From Octopus sinensis (taxonomy: Eukaryota), in assembly GCF_006345805.1 (NCBI RefSeq), contig NC_042999.1, positions 55,862,001 to 55,926,000 of the forward strand: a stretch of DNA of 64,000 bases. The letters run 5' to 3'. Of this stretch, positions 51,821 through 64,000 are shown piece by piece (within the stretch, counting starts at the first letter, position 1; every line of letters starts with the position of its first letter). The notes under the pieces are model-generated. The model did no database searches and was not told the origin of the DNA. It worked only from the letters and a program-made list of their open reading frames with translations. Made by a program: the position numbers and the translations under genes.

Positions 51821-54800
51821 TGTAATGACAAGAAAAGAATTTGTGAGACGGTTGTAATAAGTCATAACATGTTTATTACCGGAGGTAATGCGTTAACATA
51901 AAAGGTTAATTGAAGGAAAACTTGTAACATCAAATGATCATATTCTTTTGCAACCACATGTCTCCAAGCAAATGAGGCGAACATACGCGTGTGCAGGTGT
52001 GTATGTGAGTGAACCGACTCAATGCATATCGAAGAATCAACAGGCAACGAATGGCGCAAATTTAGAAATATGTTCCTTAATATAAGGGATGAACCGGAAG
52101 TCCCTGACTTCGACGTCAACTGAAAACTTCCAGAATGTTCGAGGGAGATTACTCTCGTTAAATCCCCTTTTTCCTTTTGCTTTCCTGCTTGACCGCCAGG
52201 ATTCACTACATAACCCCCTCCTCAGACGAGCAGTCGATAAGCAAAATCATTGTAGTGATCCAGGGCAGCTACAAAGCAAAACAAGTAGTAAAATAGAAAA
52301 CATCAATACATGCATCACGATAGATACTGTTTGGTGCAGTAAACCTTTAGCTACACAGCTATGCACATCAAACTAAATGCAAAACAAAGCAAAATGAAAA
52401 TACAATGTGAAACATGCATGGGGAAAATGTTTGTGAATAAACGTTCTTTGTAAAAGAAATAGCAAACAGCTTGTTTTATAATACAAAGCTAAATATACAT
52501 AGTTCTGGATAATTCTTGTGGCCAATGTACTGTTCTGCCACTTTTTGCGATATAAGGTTTATAGGTATGTTGTGTTTGAGGTGCATGTGGTGTTGTTGAA
52601 GTAAGAACGAAATCTGTTGACGTATGATGGTGTATCAGAATCTGGTGCATCAACTGGTTTGAACATTTGACCGGGAAGTGTCAAAGTGATGCCGTGAAGA
52701 AGTTCGGCTGAGGAGAAACCTAAATTTGTCTTAACAGCGGAATGGCAACGAAGAACAATTGGTAGGAATTCTGTCCAACGTTGCAGATCAGGAGTATGTG
52801 TAATGCAGCTTTTAACTGTCTGTGGAATCGTTCTATCATTCCTTTGGAAGTTGGGTGATAACTTGTCGTATGAATTCGAGGAGCACCCAACAGTCATGAT
52901 ATTTCACGGAATAAAGAAGCTTCGAACTGGTGTCCCCTATCAGTGGCTATTTTAGATGGGACACCAAAGCACGCTACCCAATTGGAAATGAACGCTTGTG
53001 GGATGGATTCGGCTGTGATATCAACGTCAATCAGAGGTATGGCTCCAGGCCATCAAGAGAAACGATCGATGCAAGTCAAGATGTATGTGAAACCATGACT
53101 AACGGGCCAGGGTCCAACAATGTTGATGTGGACATAACAGAAACAAGCGTCCAGTGGGCTGAATTTTCCGAGAGGAGCACGAATATGTCGATGGACTTTG
53201 TTGCGTTGAAACTGCAAAGAAGAATGTGTCCTACTGGCGATTATATGGTGCATGTTAGGCCAGAAGAAACAGGCTGTAGTGAGCTTTACTGTGACGGCTA
53301 TGCCGGGATGCGACAAGGAATGAAGAGCATCGAAAACGGTATGCTGATGACGATGTGGAACAAGCGGTATAGGTGAGCCGGTAGAGGTGTCACAAATGAT
53401 CCGCCCTTCAGCAGATGGAATGGGTAAGTATTCAAATCTGCAACAGGAATGTGGTTGGAAGAAGTGTCCAAAGAGTCCAAAGGAGGTTGGTCTCTGGCGA
53501 TAGCAACCAAATCGATGTGTGCAGGAGACAAAAGTGAACACACAGGAAATCTGGATAATGTATCAGTAGGTATGTTTGTAGATCTGGCTATATGACGAAT
53601 GTCACTGGTATATTGCGAGATGAAATTCAAGAGTCTGTATGTCCTTGATGAGTATTTATCGGACTTGGATTGAAGAGTGAATGTAAGAGGTTTATGATCT
53701 GTGAATACCATGAACTCCTGGCCTTCTAGGAGATGGCGGAAGAGTCTCACAGCAAGATAAAATGCTAAGAGCTCTCTGTCAAAAGTATTGTAACGCTGTT
53801 CTGCTGGCTTGAGTTGACATGAGAAAAAGGCAAGTGGTTGAGATTTCTGGTTGATGATCTGTTCTAGAATGGCGCCAACAGTGATCGTAGACGTGTCTAC
53901 AGTTAAGGATAGTTTCACGTTTGCAGTAGGATGAGTAAGAAAGGAAACTTTAGCTAATTCAGACTTTACGGAGTCGAAAGTTTGCAAGGCGTCAACCAAA
54001 AGGGAAATAGATGCGTCTTTCTTCTTTGTGGATTTCAAAAGTTGTGTCAGGGGGAACAACTTGTCCGCGCTGTTTGGGATGAAAGTTCTGTAAAAATTTA
54101 TTAACCCCAAAAAGTGACGTACTTGTCTCAATGAAGTAGGGGATGCGATTTTCTGAATAGCATCCACTTTAGATGGGAGGAGTCGAATTCCCTCTGTGTC
54201 TATAAGATGTCCAAAGAATTCCAATGAAGTTGTACCGAATACACATTTAGCTGGATTGATCTTTACATGATACACTCACAGACGTTGAAACAACTGAGGT
54301 AGATGTTGATGATGATGTTCATCTGTGTCGCTGGCTACTAGGAGGTCATCTACATAAGCAAAAACAAAATTCAGTCCGCGTACAACTTCGTCGATGAAAT
54401 ACTGGATTGTACTGGCAATATTTCTCAGACCAAAAGGCATAGATAGGAATTCGAATGAACCAATGGTTACGGCAGTTTTAGGTATATTTTCTGGGTACAT
54501 CTGGATTTGGTGGTACGCACGTACCAGATCCACTTTGGAAAATATAGTGCAACCATGGAAGTACATAAGAGAAGTCCTTTAAGTTGGGTAGGGAAATGTC
54601 CTGTAATCACCAACGGTCTAAAATACGCTCTACCCTTCTGAGCTAAGTGTAGCGGAGATGCCCATGAGCTAGTAGAAGGACGTATAAGGCCAGGCTTGAA
54701 CATGTGATCGAATTCAGCGCAAACTTTCTTGAGTCTGTCTGGCGCTAGTCTACGTGGACGAGAGAAAATGGGTGGACCAGTTATTGTAATAAAATGTTGA

Positions 54801-56060
54801 GTCGAGTGGACTGTCTGGGTAGGCTTAAATGATAGATCCGTTAACTCGGGAAATGAAGCAAGCAGAGTATGGAACTGGTTATTGGCAGCAACTACAAAAA
54901 AATGATGGGACGAGGATAGCAGTGGTAGATTCACATGCAGACGTAGATAAAGATGTGATAGTATCCACAAGTTTCTGTTTCCTGACATCTACCAGGAGTG
55001 AATAGCGGTATAAGAAGTCCACCCCAAGGATAAGATGCGGCAGGTCAGTGATGACAAAAATCCATTTAAAATCTCGACGCAAAGCAAGGTCTAGAATTAA
55101 ATATATCTGACTATAGATTTTGACGGGAGACTGGTTCACTGCATATAAGGAAATACTGGATAACTGTGGCTTGTTAGAGCTGAACCGTAATGGCAAATAC
55201 TGCAACTTGATCCTGTATCGATCATGAATGACCTGTTTGAGACTAGGTCCCTAATGAAGAAAGCCCGATTAGCTGAAAAATTGTGAGAGTTCTGACGTGC
55301 CCGGGCTCTCTAGGTTCAGTTTTCCAACACTTTAAAAGCACAAGACTTGTTACAACGACGTGCCTTATCATGAAAACGTGCGTGGTACCAGCACACCGAA
55401 GAATTGTTGGCTGAAAAAGTGTTATGTGGTTTAGAAGGGAAAGAATGGCTTCGCGAACGCTGTCTAACATGACAGAATTGAGCTATTTAGCATGTTAAAC
55501 CATCGATAGCCTTCAACATGGCGTCTCCATTTTTATTATCAGGCTGTTGTCAAGAAGACGATGAACCAATAACCGAATCAGCTGCGGTGGGTCAGTGAGA
55601 AAATTCCATTATCCTGTCTACAGATGAAGCAATTTGATCTATAGTGTTGGTGTCAACCATATTCGCCAATATCGTCGGTACATTAGTTGATAAGCGGGAA
55701 AAAATAATTTCTTTACGAAGAAGCTGTCCGCAGGTGTATGGCCACTGGGTTCTCTGATACGCCTAAGAAATTCTGAAGGAGTTTTGTCACCCAGGTTCTC
55801 ATCTCGTAACAATGCACGGAAATGACTTTCTGCTGATTTAGAATTTCTGCATAGTATTCCTGTTCTCAGGTCATGCTTTGTGGAAGATCTGTGATGATAT
55901 ATTTAACGGTGTCTGCTAATATGGCAGGAATGCCACTAATAAGCAGGTGTAGCTTTTGTTGAGCTGCTTGTATACCATGTGCTGTGAAATACGAATCAAG
56001 CTGTGCAAACCATAGCTTGGCATCGCTGTAGTAAAAATGCTATGAAAGTTTTGAGTGTTG
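51821..56060 (-). mobile_element. degenerate Ty3/Gypsy LTR retrotransposon lacking the 5' LTR (gag-PR-RT-RNaseH-INT, PPT, 3' LTR 51821-52210)
   Basis: gag FYYSDAKLWFAQLDSYF (~56040); protease region 54879-55205; [22 protein letters not shown] (54276-54566); RNase H TSTITVGAIL..DRELLA..FTDHKPL; integrase HPG..GPWP..LTCIDRFS. PPT gaggagggggtta at 52223-52211; LTR ends TGTAGTGA/TCATTACA. Confidence 0.93.
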
Positions 56061-56744
56061 GAGCTAAAGCAATACTGGATCCCAAGACATCCCAAATTTT
56101 AACTGAGTGACAAAAAAGGAACTTTTGAATATCTTAAAAGTTATATTCTTCAACAAATTTAAATTTAAGATTGATGTGTCCATATACAATCTTGTAGGCT
56201 TTGAGAAAGTCTGCTTTAATTCCATAACATTCCAGGGTATGTACCCTGATTTAACTGCATCAAATAATCAAAATAGATGAAATTCCTGTAATTTATTTCA
56301 GGAATTCTACAGATAAATTATCTTTAGATAAATTCTAGGTATTTCTCTTTCTAAAATAAAGAGACCAAACTTGAAAGGCATATTTCAATATGAAAATATA
56401 TTATTTTAAAATTATGAGAATGCCAAGCCTCATCTTTCTGAGTGAAATTAAGTAGGCAGAACTGTGTTGAAACTTATCAGATAAATTGTGTCTGTAATTT
56501 AGAAGCCCAACCTTGTCATGCTACTATGTCACACTGATCCTGCTGGAAATTTATGTTAAGAGTATGAGTGTCTGCGGAGTACTCAGTCATGTACACTATT
56601 ATTCAATGAAAAAATAGTTTGTTTGATTAAACAACTTTAATATTCATTGGCGGTGGTGGTGGTGATGATGATGATGATGATGATGATAACACAAGAACAA
56701 TGATATTACTGGATTTAATAACTTTTTCTACAATTTTATTTTAG

Positions 56745-56792
56745 ATATTCTTATGGGCTGGGACAGCCCACACTTCTTAAACAGCAATTCTG
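56745..56792 (+). CDS. probable Hv C-terminal exon (DILMGWDSPHFLNSNS)
   Basis: ttttag acceptor, gtatgt donor, 48 bp, phase 1 to 1, open and compatible with the previous exon; no homology support. Confidence 0.5.
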
Positions 56793-59700
56793 GTATGTAA
56801 ATACAAGGGGTTCATATTGTGACAGCACATCCTTTATCAATATATGCCATGTAGATGCACATGTGTTTAACATCTCAATTGTTAATTTAACATAGATAGA
56901 GCCTTTTTTTTTTTCATTTAATCAAAGAAGAAGAAATATCATTTATAACCCTTGGCGGTCAACGTGTTTGATGTATGAATTTTTGCAGGTTCATCTTGAT
57001 AGAAATGATGTGAACACGGAGAGAACTGGAGATGATTGTCCCTTTTTTTAAAAAATTTTTTTTTTCCTTTTAGATTGCTCTGAGGGAAAGAAGGGGCTGT
57101 GCTGATAGTCTTCATAAGCGCTTTAAGAGCAGTGAGATTGTTGCTTTTAACATACCACTTAAACTGTTTCAAGTTGGACCTTGCAGAAATGATGTAATCA
57201 GATAATCAGTGAAGGAATTCCAAAAAGCTGATGATCTAAGACAAAAGACTAAGGGAAGTGGTTAACATGAGATCTGGTTGGGTCAGATGTAATATGGGGG
57301 ATGAGAGGAGGCAAGAGGACTGAGCCAGTAGTACCTGAGTAGAGACAGTAAGGGTCCAGGCAGCTTTGAGGAGTAAAAGCTATTATGGTAGCAGAGAAAA
57401 AGGTGGAGAGAAGAGACAATATGTCTAAGGGTCAGTGGTTGGAGTATGTTGGTGAGCAACTTTGTATCATTCAATCAGGATATTTTTCTCTGGATGTGGT
57501 CTTGGATGTGTGTGTGTGTAAGGCAACAGTTGTGGCAGTAATATTCCACTCTGTGTCCCAACAGAGCTTTATAGTGTAGTATGAGGGACAAAGTGTGATT
57601 CACCTACCTCTCAGTGGTTCTCTTGCAGTATTACCTTTCCAGCTGGGTTACCTTTGAAAGTGCCCTACCCACCTAACCTTTAGCCAGAACCTAACAGCAA
57701 ATTAGATCATATCCACACACATCCATGCGCTGCAACCACCCTGAAGCAAAAAGACCCACACTGGCCCTACATCTGTTCATGTGGCCACTTTCCCTGGATT
57801 TCCAGTAGGGCTCCTCAGCCATTGATATCACTGACCCTATAGTTCCAGTTAACCTCATCCACACATATAAAAAGTTATTATTTATTGAGATGGCGCTGAG
57901 GAGAAAGGTCAGTCATTGAGACATGTTAAGAATGTGAGTTTCTTAGGAGAGTATGAGGCCTAGAAAGTGAGATATAATAGATATGACATTATCTATTATG
58001 CATTGTGTGGGTTTGGGCAAAAGTGGTCCACTGCGTATACTTTGCTAGTTTAAAGAACAGTAGGTGAACAAAGTATGTTGGTGGCTAGAGGTTGTAGTAT
58101 GTTGATTGCAAAAAACCTTTATCATCTATAATATTTGCAACGGAAGCAACTCTCTTAAGTTCTTCTAAAATGATTGAGTTGTTTGTTTCCTGAACTTCTA
58201 CACCACTTACGAGGTAAAATGCAATTGATTTTGATTAAAAATAAAGAAACAATGCTACTCACAACTCCTCCTCTGAGCATCTCTCAACTGACATCCGTCA
58301 TTTTTATATCATCAGTCCACAGCTCATATTTCCTATCAACCATTCCCACTCCTGTTCACCACTCACTATATTCACCGCTAATATACATCTGATCACCTCC
58401 ACCCCAGATGTTTATGTCCATCTCCCACTCTTCCTGATTCTTCTGTCCCTATGCTCTCTTTTATTCACTCTCTTGGACATATTACCTTGAGGTACAAACT
58501 GGCACCTTATCAACACTATGTTTATCTCTCTTTTGGACACTCTTCCAGTCACTCGTCGAAAATACAAGGTAGCCATGAATCTCCTCCACAGTTATAAACT
58601 TCTTATTGTTTCTCCTATATTACTTCAACCTAGTAACACTTTGCATTAAAGAAACCACCCTATCTCCTATTCTTCCTCCCAGTTGAGGAAACTGTTTAGC
58701 CTTGTAAGTTACAAGGCAACATCACTAGTGCTGGTGCCACATAAAAAAAAACATCCAGTACATTCTTTTAAATGGTTGACAATAGGAACGGCATCTAGTT
58801 GTAGAAACCAAGCCAAAACTGAGACACTAGAACAAAGTGTAGTCTCCTGACTCATTGAATCTTATTAAAATGTCCAACCTATGCTAATATGGAAAGCTGA
58901 CATGCTGGTGGGGCGGTGGTACTGACAGTGAAGGAAGTGGTAGTGGTGATGTTGAGAACGAGGAGGAAAGAGGGAGGAGGAGGAGGAGGGGGATTTGAAA
59001 ATCGAAGTAAATACTAAAAATAGTAATAAATTCCTTTATGTGATTTTATTATGTTGCTGCAGCCAGCAATCCTAATCACACAAAAAGCAGTGAGCTTGGC
59101 TTTAATATATTTGTTAGGAGCAATGTTTATGATGCTATATGTAAATCAACAAAAATAAAAATACTACATTAAAATCCCAAAGCCAAAAGCAATTATAAAA
59201 CTCACATTGGAATTAAATACCATATTTTCTGGCTTACAAGTCAGATTTTTCAGAACAAAATTTACAGCCAAAATAGGAATGTCAATTTATACGTCAAGAC
59301 TGCTTCAGAGGACTAAAAATTCCATGTGAAATGCAGCAGGATTTGGAAAGATTGTGATGATGTTTGCATGTTTACACTTTACATTACATCAATTTGTTTG
59401 CTTGAAAATATGGCAGGATCAAAGCAGACCTAAGAAGACATAGACTATACTGTCCAGAAGAGGTTCAATAATGCCAAAACATGTCTGTAGTTGTCATCTT
59501 GCTTCTAATAAAGATCAAATTTCCCCACTAAAAATAAAAATTCAGTTTCCAGTTGAATTACTTAATTTTTTGAAATTATCTCTCTTTTTTTCTTGTGAGT
59601 TGCTAACACTTACATTTAGGGTTTTAGTTGTTGCTTTATTTCCACCTAAGAAGCAAATTTCAGTTCATTAAAAATGTTTTTCCTTACATCATTCAGTACA

Positions 59701-59830
59701 TCAGCAGCTACCTGAAGTAATGAGAATAGTTTGTTTTTACTGTTAATGTCAATAACTTGTTTGTTATTTATTGTTTGATTTGGTGGGTGGTGTTGGTTAA
59801 ATATCAATGTTTTCTTTGCTCTTCTTACAG

Positions 59831-60000
59831 ATTCTATACATTGCCTTAGTACCTTAGTTCATTCTAAACACCTTCTATATAATGTATCTACGTATTCTAC
59901 ACATTATGTCAACATCTTTACACTGTGCCTATGTATTCTACACAGTGTCAATACCTTCCATACACTGTCCCAACACCTTCAATATACTGTATCTACATAG
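59831..60000 (+). CDS. possible terminal Hv exon running into a degenerate ~20-bp minisatellite
   Basis: Long pyrimidine tract plus ttacag; phase 1 frame open to TAG at 59998-60000; low complexity and no homology. Confidence 0.25.
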
Positions 60001-61259
60001 TCTATGCACCAAATCAACATCTTCTACACCTTGTGTCAACACCCTCTATACATTGTGTAAGTTCATTCTACACACCTATTCAATACATTCTGTATACATT
60101 TCTTAATGTTTGTACCACTTACATATACAGTGTTATATTACATGCGACCTGCCTGGTGTCTATTTTCAGTTAATTCTAATATCTGTTCTCAGGTGATTTG
60201 GTACCTATTCTGGATCATTTTGTCCCTATTCTCAACTGATTTAGTATTCCACTGATCTGTTACTTATTCTCCTAAAAGTTAAGTGAAATAAAGTTTACTG
60301 GCAGGAAACATGATATTATGCTAACAGCAGATTTTAACTCATGATCTATGAGTAGATAGTCTATTGGTCATCCCACCATTTCTATTTATATAAAGCTCAA
60401 GTCTAGACAAATATTGTTATCAGTGTTAATTACTATAAAATGTGAGTGAAATATTAAAACAGCCTTTGATTTATCTTCAGTGCAACTGTGGTCACTATAC
60501 ATTTAAAAAATGGCTCTCTGTCGGTTATGACAATGTGCTCAAGTTGATTCAATCAACAGAATAGCCTACTCATGAAATTAACATGCAAGTAGCTGAACTC
60601 ACATTTTACTCTGATTACATTTTACACTAATTATCATGTGGCTGAGTGTTTAGGGTATTAAGTTCATGATTGTAAGGTCATGTGTTCAATTTCCAGCGAC
60701 ATATTGTTTCCTTGAGCAAGACACTTTATTTCACGTTGCTCCAGTGCATTCAGCTGGCAAAAATGAGTATTTCAAAGGGCCAGCATTGTCACAAATTGTG
60801 TCATGCTGAATCACCCTGAGAATTACATTAAGAGTACACAAAGCATCACACTTCCCCATTTTATGTCCTAAAATCAACTGACTCCACTGTTAAATCCATC
60901 ATGCCAACTTGTCCTTGATGTAACATATGAAAATTAATATTTCACTGAAGTCCTGATGAGTATAGCTATAACACATCATTAAAACTACACTTGAGTGGAT
61001 TATAACCAACCATTGTAATATATTATTCCTCAATATTTTAGGAAAAACAGTTCTTACTCCTTCAACAGCTACAAGTAAGTACTCTTTTACTTGTTCCTTC
61101 TTTGGCTTTTTCACAATTTACTTCACAATATTAATCTACAATGATATTAATTTCCAAAGTAATCCTGAAAGTTTGAACTCACAGTCAGTTACTATGAATA
61201 AATGAGCTTTTTTCCTCTTTGAGCTCCCACCAGTATTCACCTATCCACTCCCCTACACT

Positions 61260-61540
61260 ACGTGCTATCTCCCCAATGTAAGAAACAAGGCAACAACTTA
61301 CGCTGGGGAGATGGCATGTAACATAGGGGAACAGATAGGTGAACACTGGTGGGAGTTCAAAGAGGAGAAAAGCTCATCAATGTTCTACCAACGTGCTCAA
61401 TTAGAACATAGAGGCTCAGTTAATAACAGGAATGCTAAGTTATTATCAATGCATAGAACAAACATGACACTTAGACAGATTACAGAGGCCACAAACGTAG
61501 TAATAGACATAGCAAGCTTCAAAAGAAAACACGAATGAAA
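61260..61540 (+). mobile_element. degenerate Penelope-like GIY-YIG fragment
   Basis: YTC..TTYAGEMACNIGEQIGEH..MFYQRAQLEH..KLLSMHR..LRQITEA..FKRKHE resembles YIGET.R..ER..EH..H..KIL..R.I.EA. Confidence 0.5.
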
Positions 61541-62251
61541 CAATAACACCCACCACACAACACAACATGATGACTAAAGATAGAATGGGAAAGAAAAAGG
61601 ACACAGATACAAACAGTATAGTGAGCAAATCCATATACACACATACAAAACACAGACATGTGTGCACATACACACACACAGATACAAATGCAAATGCATG
61701 GACAGATAAGGATACACACCCTAGAAAAACAGAATAGACTAAACAGAATAGACTAAACAGAACAGGAAGAGACACATGGGATGGAGAGTTGCTGAAGAGG
61801 TCACAGGTGGGTGACAAAAGATTTCCAGGCAAAAGATAAAAAATAATAACAATAATAAACAAATGGAGAACCATGTGTTTTTTTGGCAAAAAAAAAAAGA
61901 TGACCATCCCCAAAATAATAACTTTCATCTTGTTTTCATTCTTCCTGAGGCTTTAATAACTACTATTTAAAAAATGGTTCATATTTCTATTACTTTCTCT
62001 ATGTTTGAATCTCAAGAGGGATTTAATAAGTACCAGTGATATACTAGGGTAGATTAAACCAATTGTTCAAACACTGTTTTTGTGCTCATTTCAGAAATCC
62101 AGATTTTTTTTTCTGAAGTGCATCTAACAATATGAAAAACATCTTTATTTCAGCAACAACATTGTCATCACCAACAACACGTGAGTATAATCCCACATTG
62201 CAGCCCTCGTCTCAACATGTAAGTTGTTACTTTCTTCATCACACTTTAACC

Positions 62252-62289
<38 letters not shown>

Positions 62290-62294
<5 letters not shown>

Positions 62295-63120
62295 GTAATA
62301 ATAATAATGAGTTCAAATTTTGGCACAAGGCCAGCAAGTTCGGTGGTGGGGTAGTTGATTATATCGACTCCAGCACTCAACTGTTACTTATCTTATTGAC
62401 CCTGAAAGGATGAAAAGCAAAGTCAACCTCAGTGGGATTTGAACTTAGAACCTAAAGACAGATGAAAATGCCACTAAGCATTTCACCCAGCATGCTAACA
62501 ATTCTGCCAGTTCACTGCCTTAATGATAATAATAATAATTACAATAATAATCATTTCTGCTAAAGGCACAAGGCCTGAAATTTTGGGGAGAGGACTATCT
62601 GATTACATCGACCCCAATGGTTCACTGGTACTCAATTTATCAACCCTGAAAGGGATGAAAGGTAAAGTCGACCTTGGCAGCATTTGAACACAGAACATAA
62701 AGATGGATGAAATGCCACAAAGTGTTTCAACCAGCATGCTAACATTTCTGCCAGTTCACTACCTTAATGATAATAATAATTACAATACTGATAATCTTTT
62801 CTACTATACACACAAGGCTAACAATTTGAGGGGAGGGAGTAAGTTGATTTCATCAACCCCAGTACTCAACCAGTACTCTTTTTATTGACCCTGGAAGGAT
62901 GAAAAGCAGAATTGACCTCGGTGGAATTTGAACTCAGAATGTGAAGATAGATGAAATGCCGCTAAGCATTTTGCCCAGTGTGTTAATGATTCTGCCATGT
63001 TGCAGCAACCCTGATAAATGAAAGACAAAGTCAATCTCAGAAGAATTTGAACTTTGAAAACATGAAGCTGAAAAAAATATCACTTAACATTTTGTCTGTG
63101 TCCTGACAATTCTGCCAGCT
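62290..63120 (-). mobile_element. array of three full plus one partial head-to-tail family A SINEs separated by (AAT)n
   Basis: Copies at about 62290-62522, 62550-62765, 62795-63000 and 63010-63120; a similar pair lies at 41340-41790. Confidence 0.8.
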
Positions 63121-64000
63121 TGCTGACTTCTGTAATGATACTCTTTTACTCATTTCAGTCATTTGACTGTGGCCATGCTGGAGCACCACCTTTGGTCGAG
63201 CAAAAAGAGGCTGATAGAATAAGTACTAGGCTTACAAATATGGACTGGATGCTTTTTACGTGGCACCAGCACTGGCAGGGTCACCAAGTAACTTGCAAGA
63301 CAAGAAATCTTTGAGAGGGGATGGAGCATTGGAGGAAGTGACTTTGTGTCAGATGATGAAAGCTTAGAGTGTGACAGAGAGACAGAAACTGGTGTCTTAC
63401 TGTGGAGGAGGTACATGGATACCCAGAGAGAGAGAGGAAAAGGTAACAAGAAAAAGGATAGAAACGAGTGTGCTGGTGTAAAGGAAATACTTGGTTACCT
63501 AGCCAGAGGGAAAAGCAAGAGAAAGAGAGAGTGATCAAGACTGAGGACAGAAACAGGTGTGTTGTTGTAGAGGAGATACATGGATACATGGCCAGAGTGA
63601 AGATCAAGGGAAAGAGAGAGAGACAGACAGAATGAGTGTAAGAGAGAGCAGGAGAGAGATGGTGACAGAGAGCCAGGGTATACTCACAATGAACGGGGAT
63701 CAGAGTAGTACATCCAACTTGCTGTTACTTGAGATCTCTGGGTGAGACTTGGAGCAGCTGATAAAACAAAAGAACAATGAAAAGTAGTGGTAGTAGTCCC
63801 TTCTACTAAAGGTACAAGGAGCTGCTTGATTACATCGACCCAAGTATGCAACTGGTACTTATTTCATTGATCCCAAAAGGACGAAAGGCAATGTCAACCT
63901 TGGTGAAATTTGAACTCAGACCATAAAGACATATGAAATACCACTAAGCATTTTCTCCAGTGTGCTGATAATTTTGCCAGTTCACTGCCTTAATAATTGA

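Noticed and set aside
60899-61114. 71-aa minus-strand ORF
   Set aside because: No recognisable motif or splice context.

Overview
AT-rich, microsatellite-dense animal genomic DNA. The repeat families (CORE-type SINE with an internal AT/GT microsatellite, RTE LINEs with (GAT)n tails, Penelope-like elements) suggest an octopod cephalopod; this is inference. The one host gene I can support is a plus-strand, multi-exon voltage-gated proton channel (Hv/HVCN1 family). Six phase-compatible exons at 20836-51629 encode S1 (with the selectivity-filter Asp), S2-S3, the S4 RxWRxxR motif and the coiled coil; two further C-terminal exons are possible and the N-terminal exon was not found. Its extracellular S1-S2 loop is about 116 aa with 22 His, against about 5 aa in human Hv1. 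The rest is transposon-derived: an RTE LINE with a PHD-like finger, Neptune- and Poseidon-like Penelope fragments, two antisense Ty3/Gypsy remnants, Tigger, a maT (DD37D) transposon, hAT and hairpin MITEs, CR1/L2/RLE fragments and many SINEs. By eye I find at least six hammerhead ribozyme motifs from several families: five with the canonical core and one natural U3-A8 covariant. Two of them form a 397-bp palindrome with a hammerhead on each strand, and several lie inside Hv introns. All folds and alignments were done by eye; no database searches were run.
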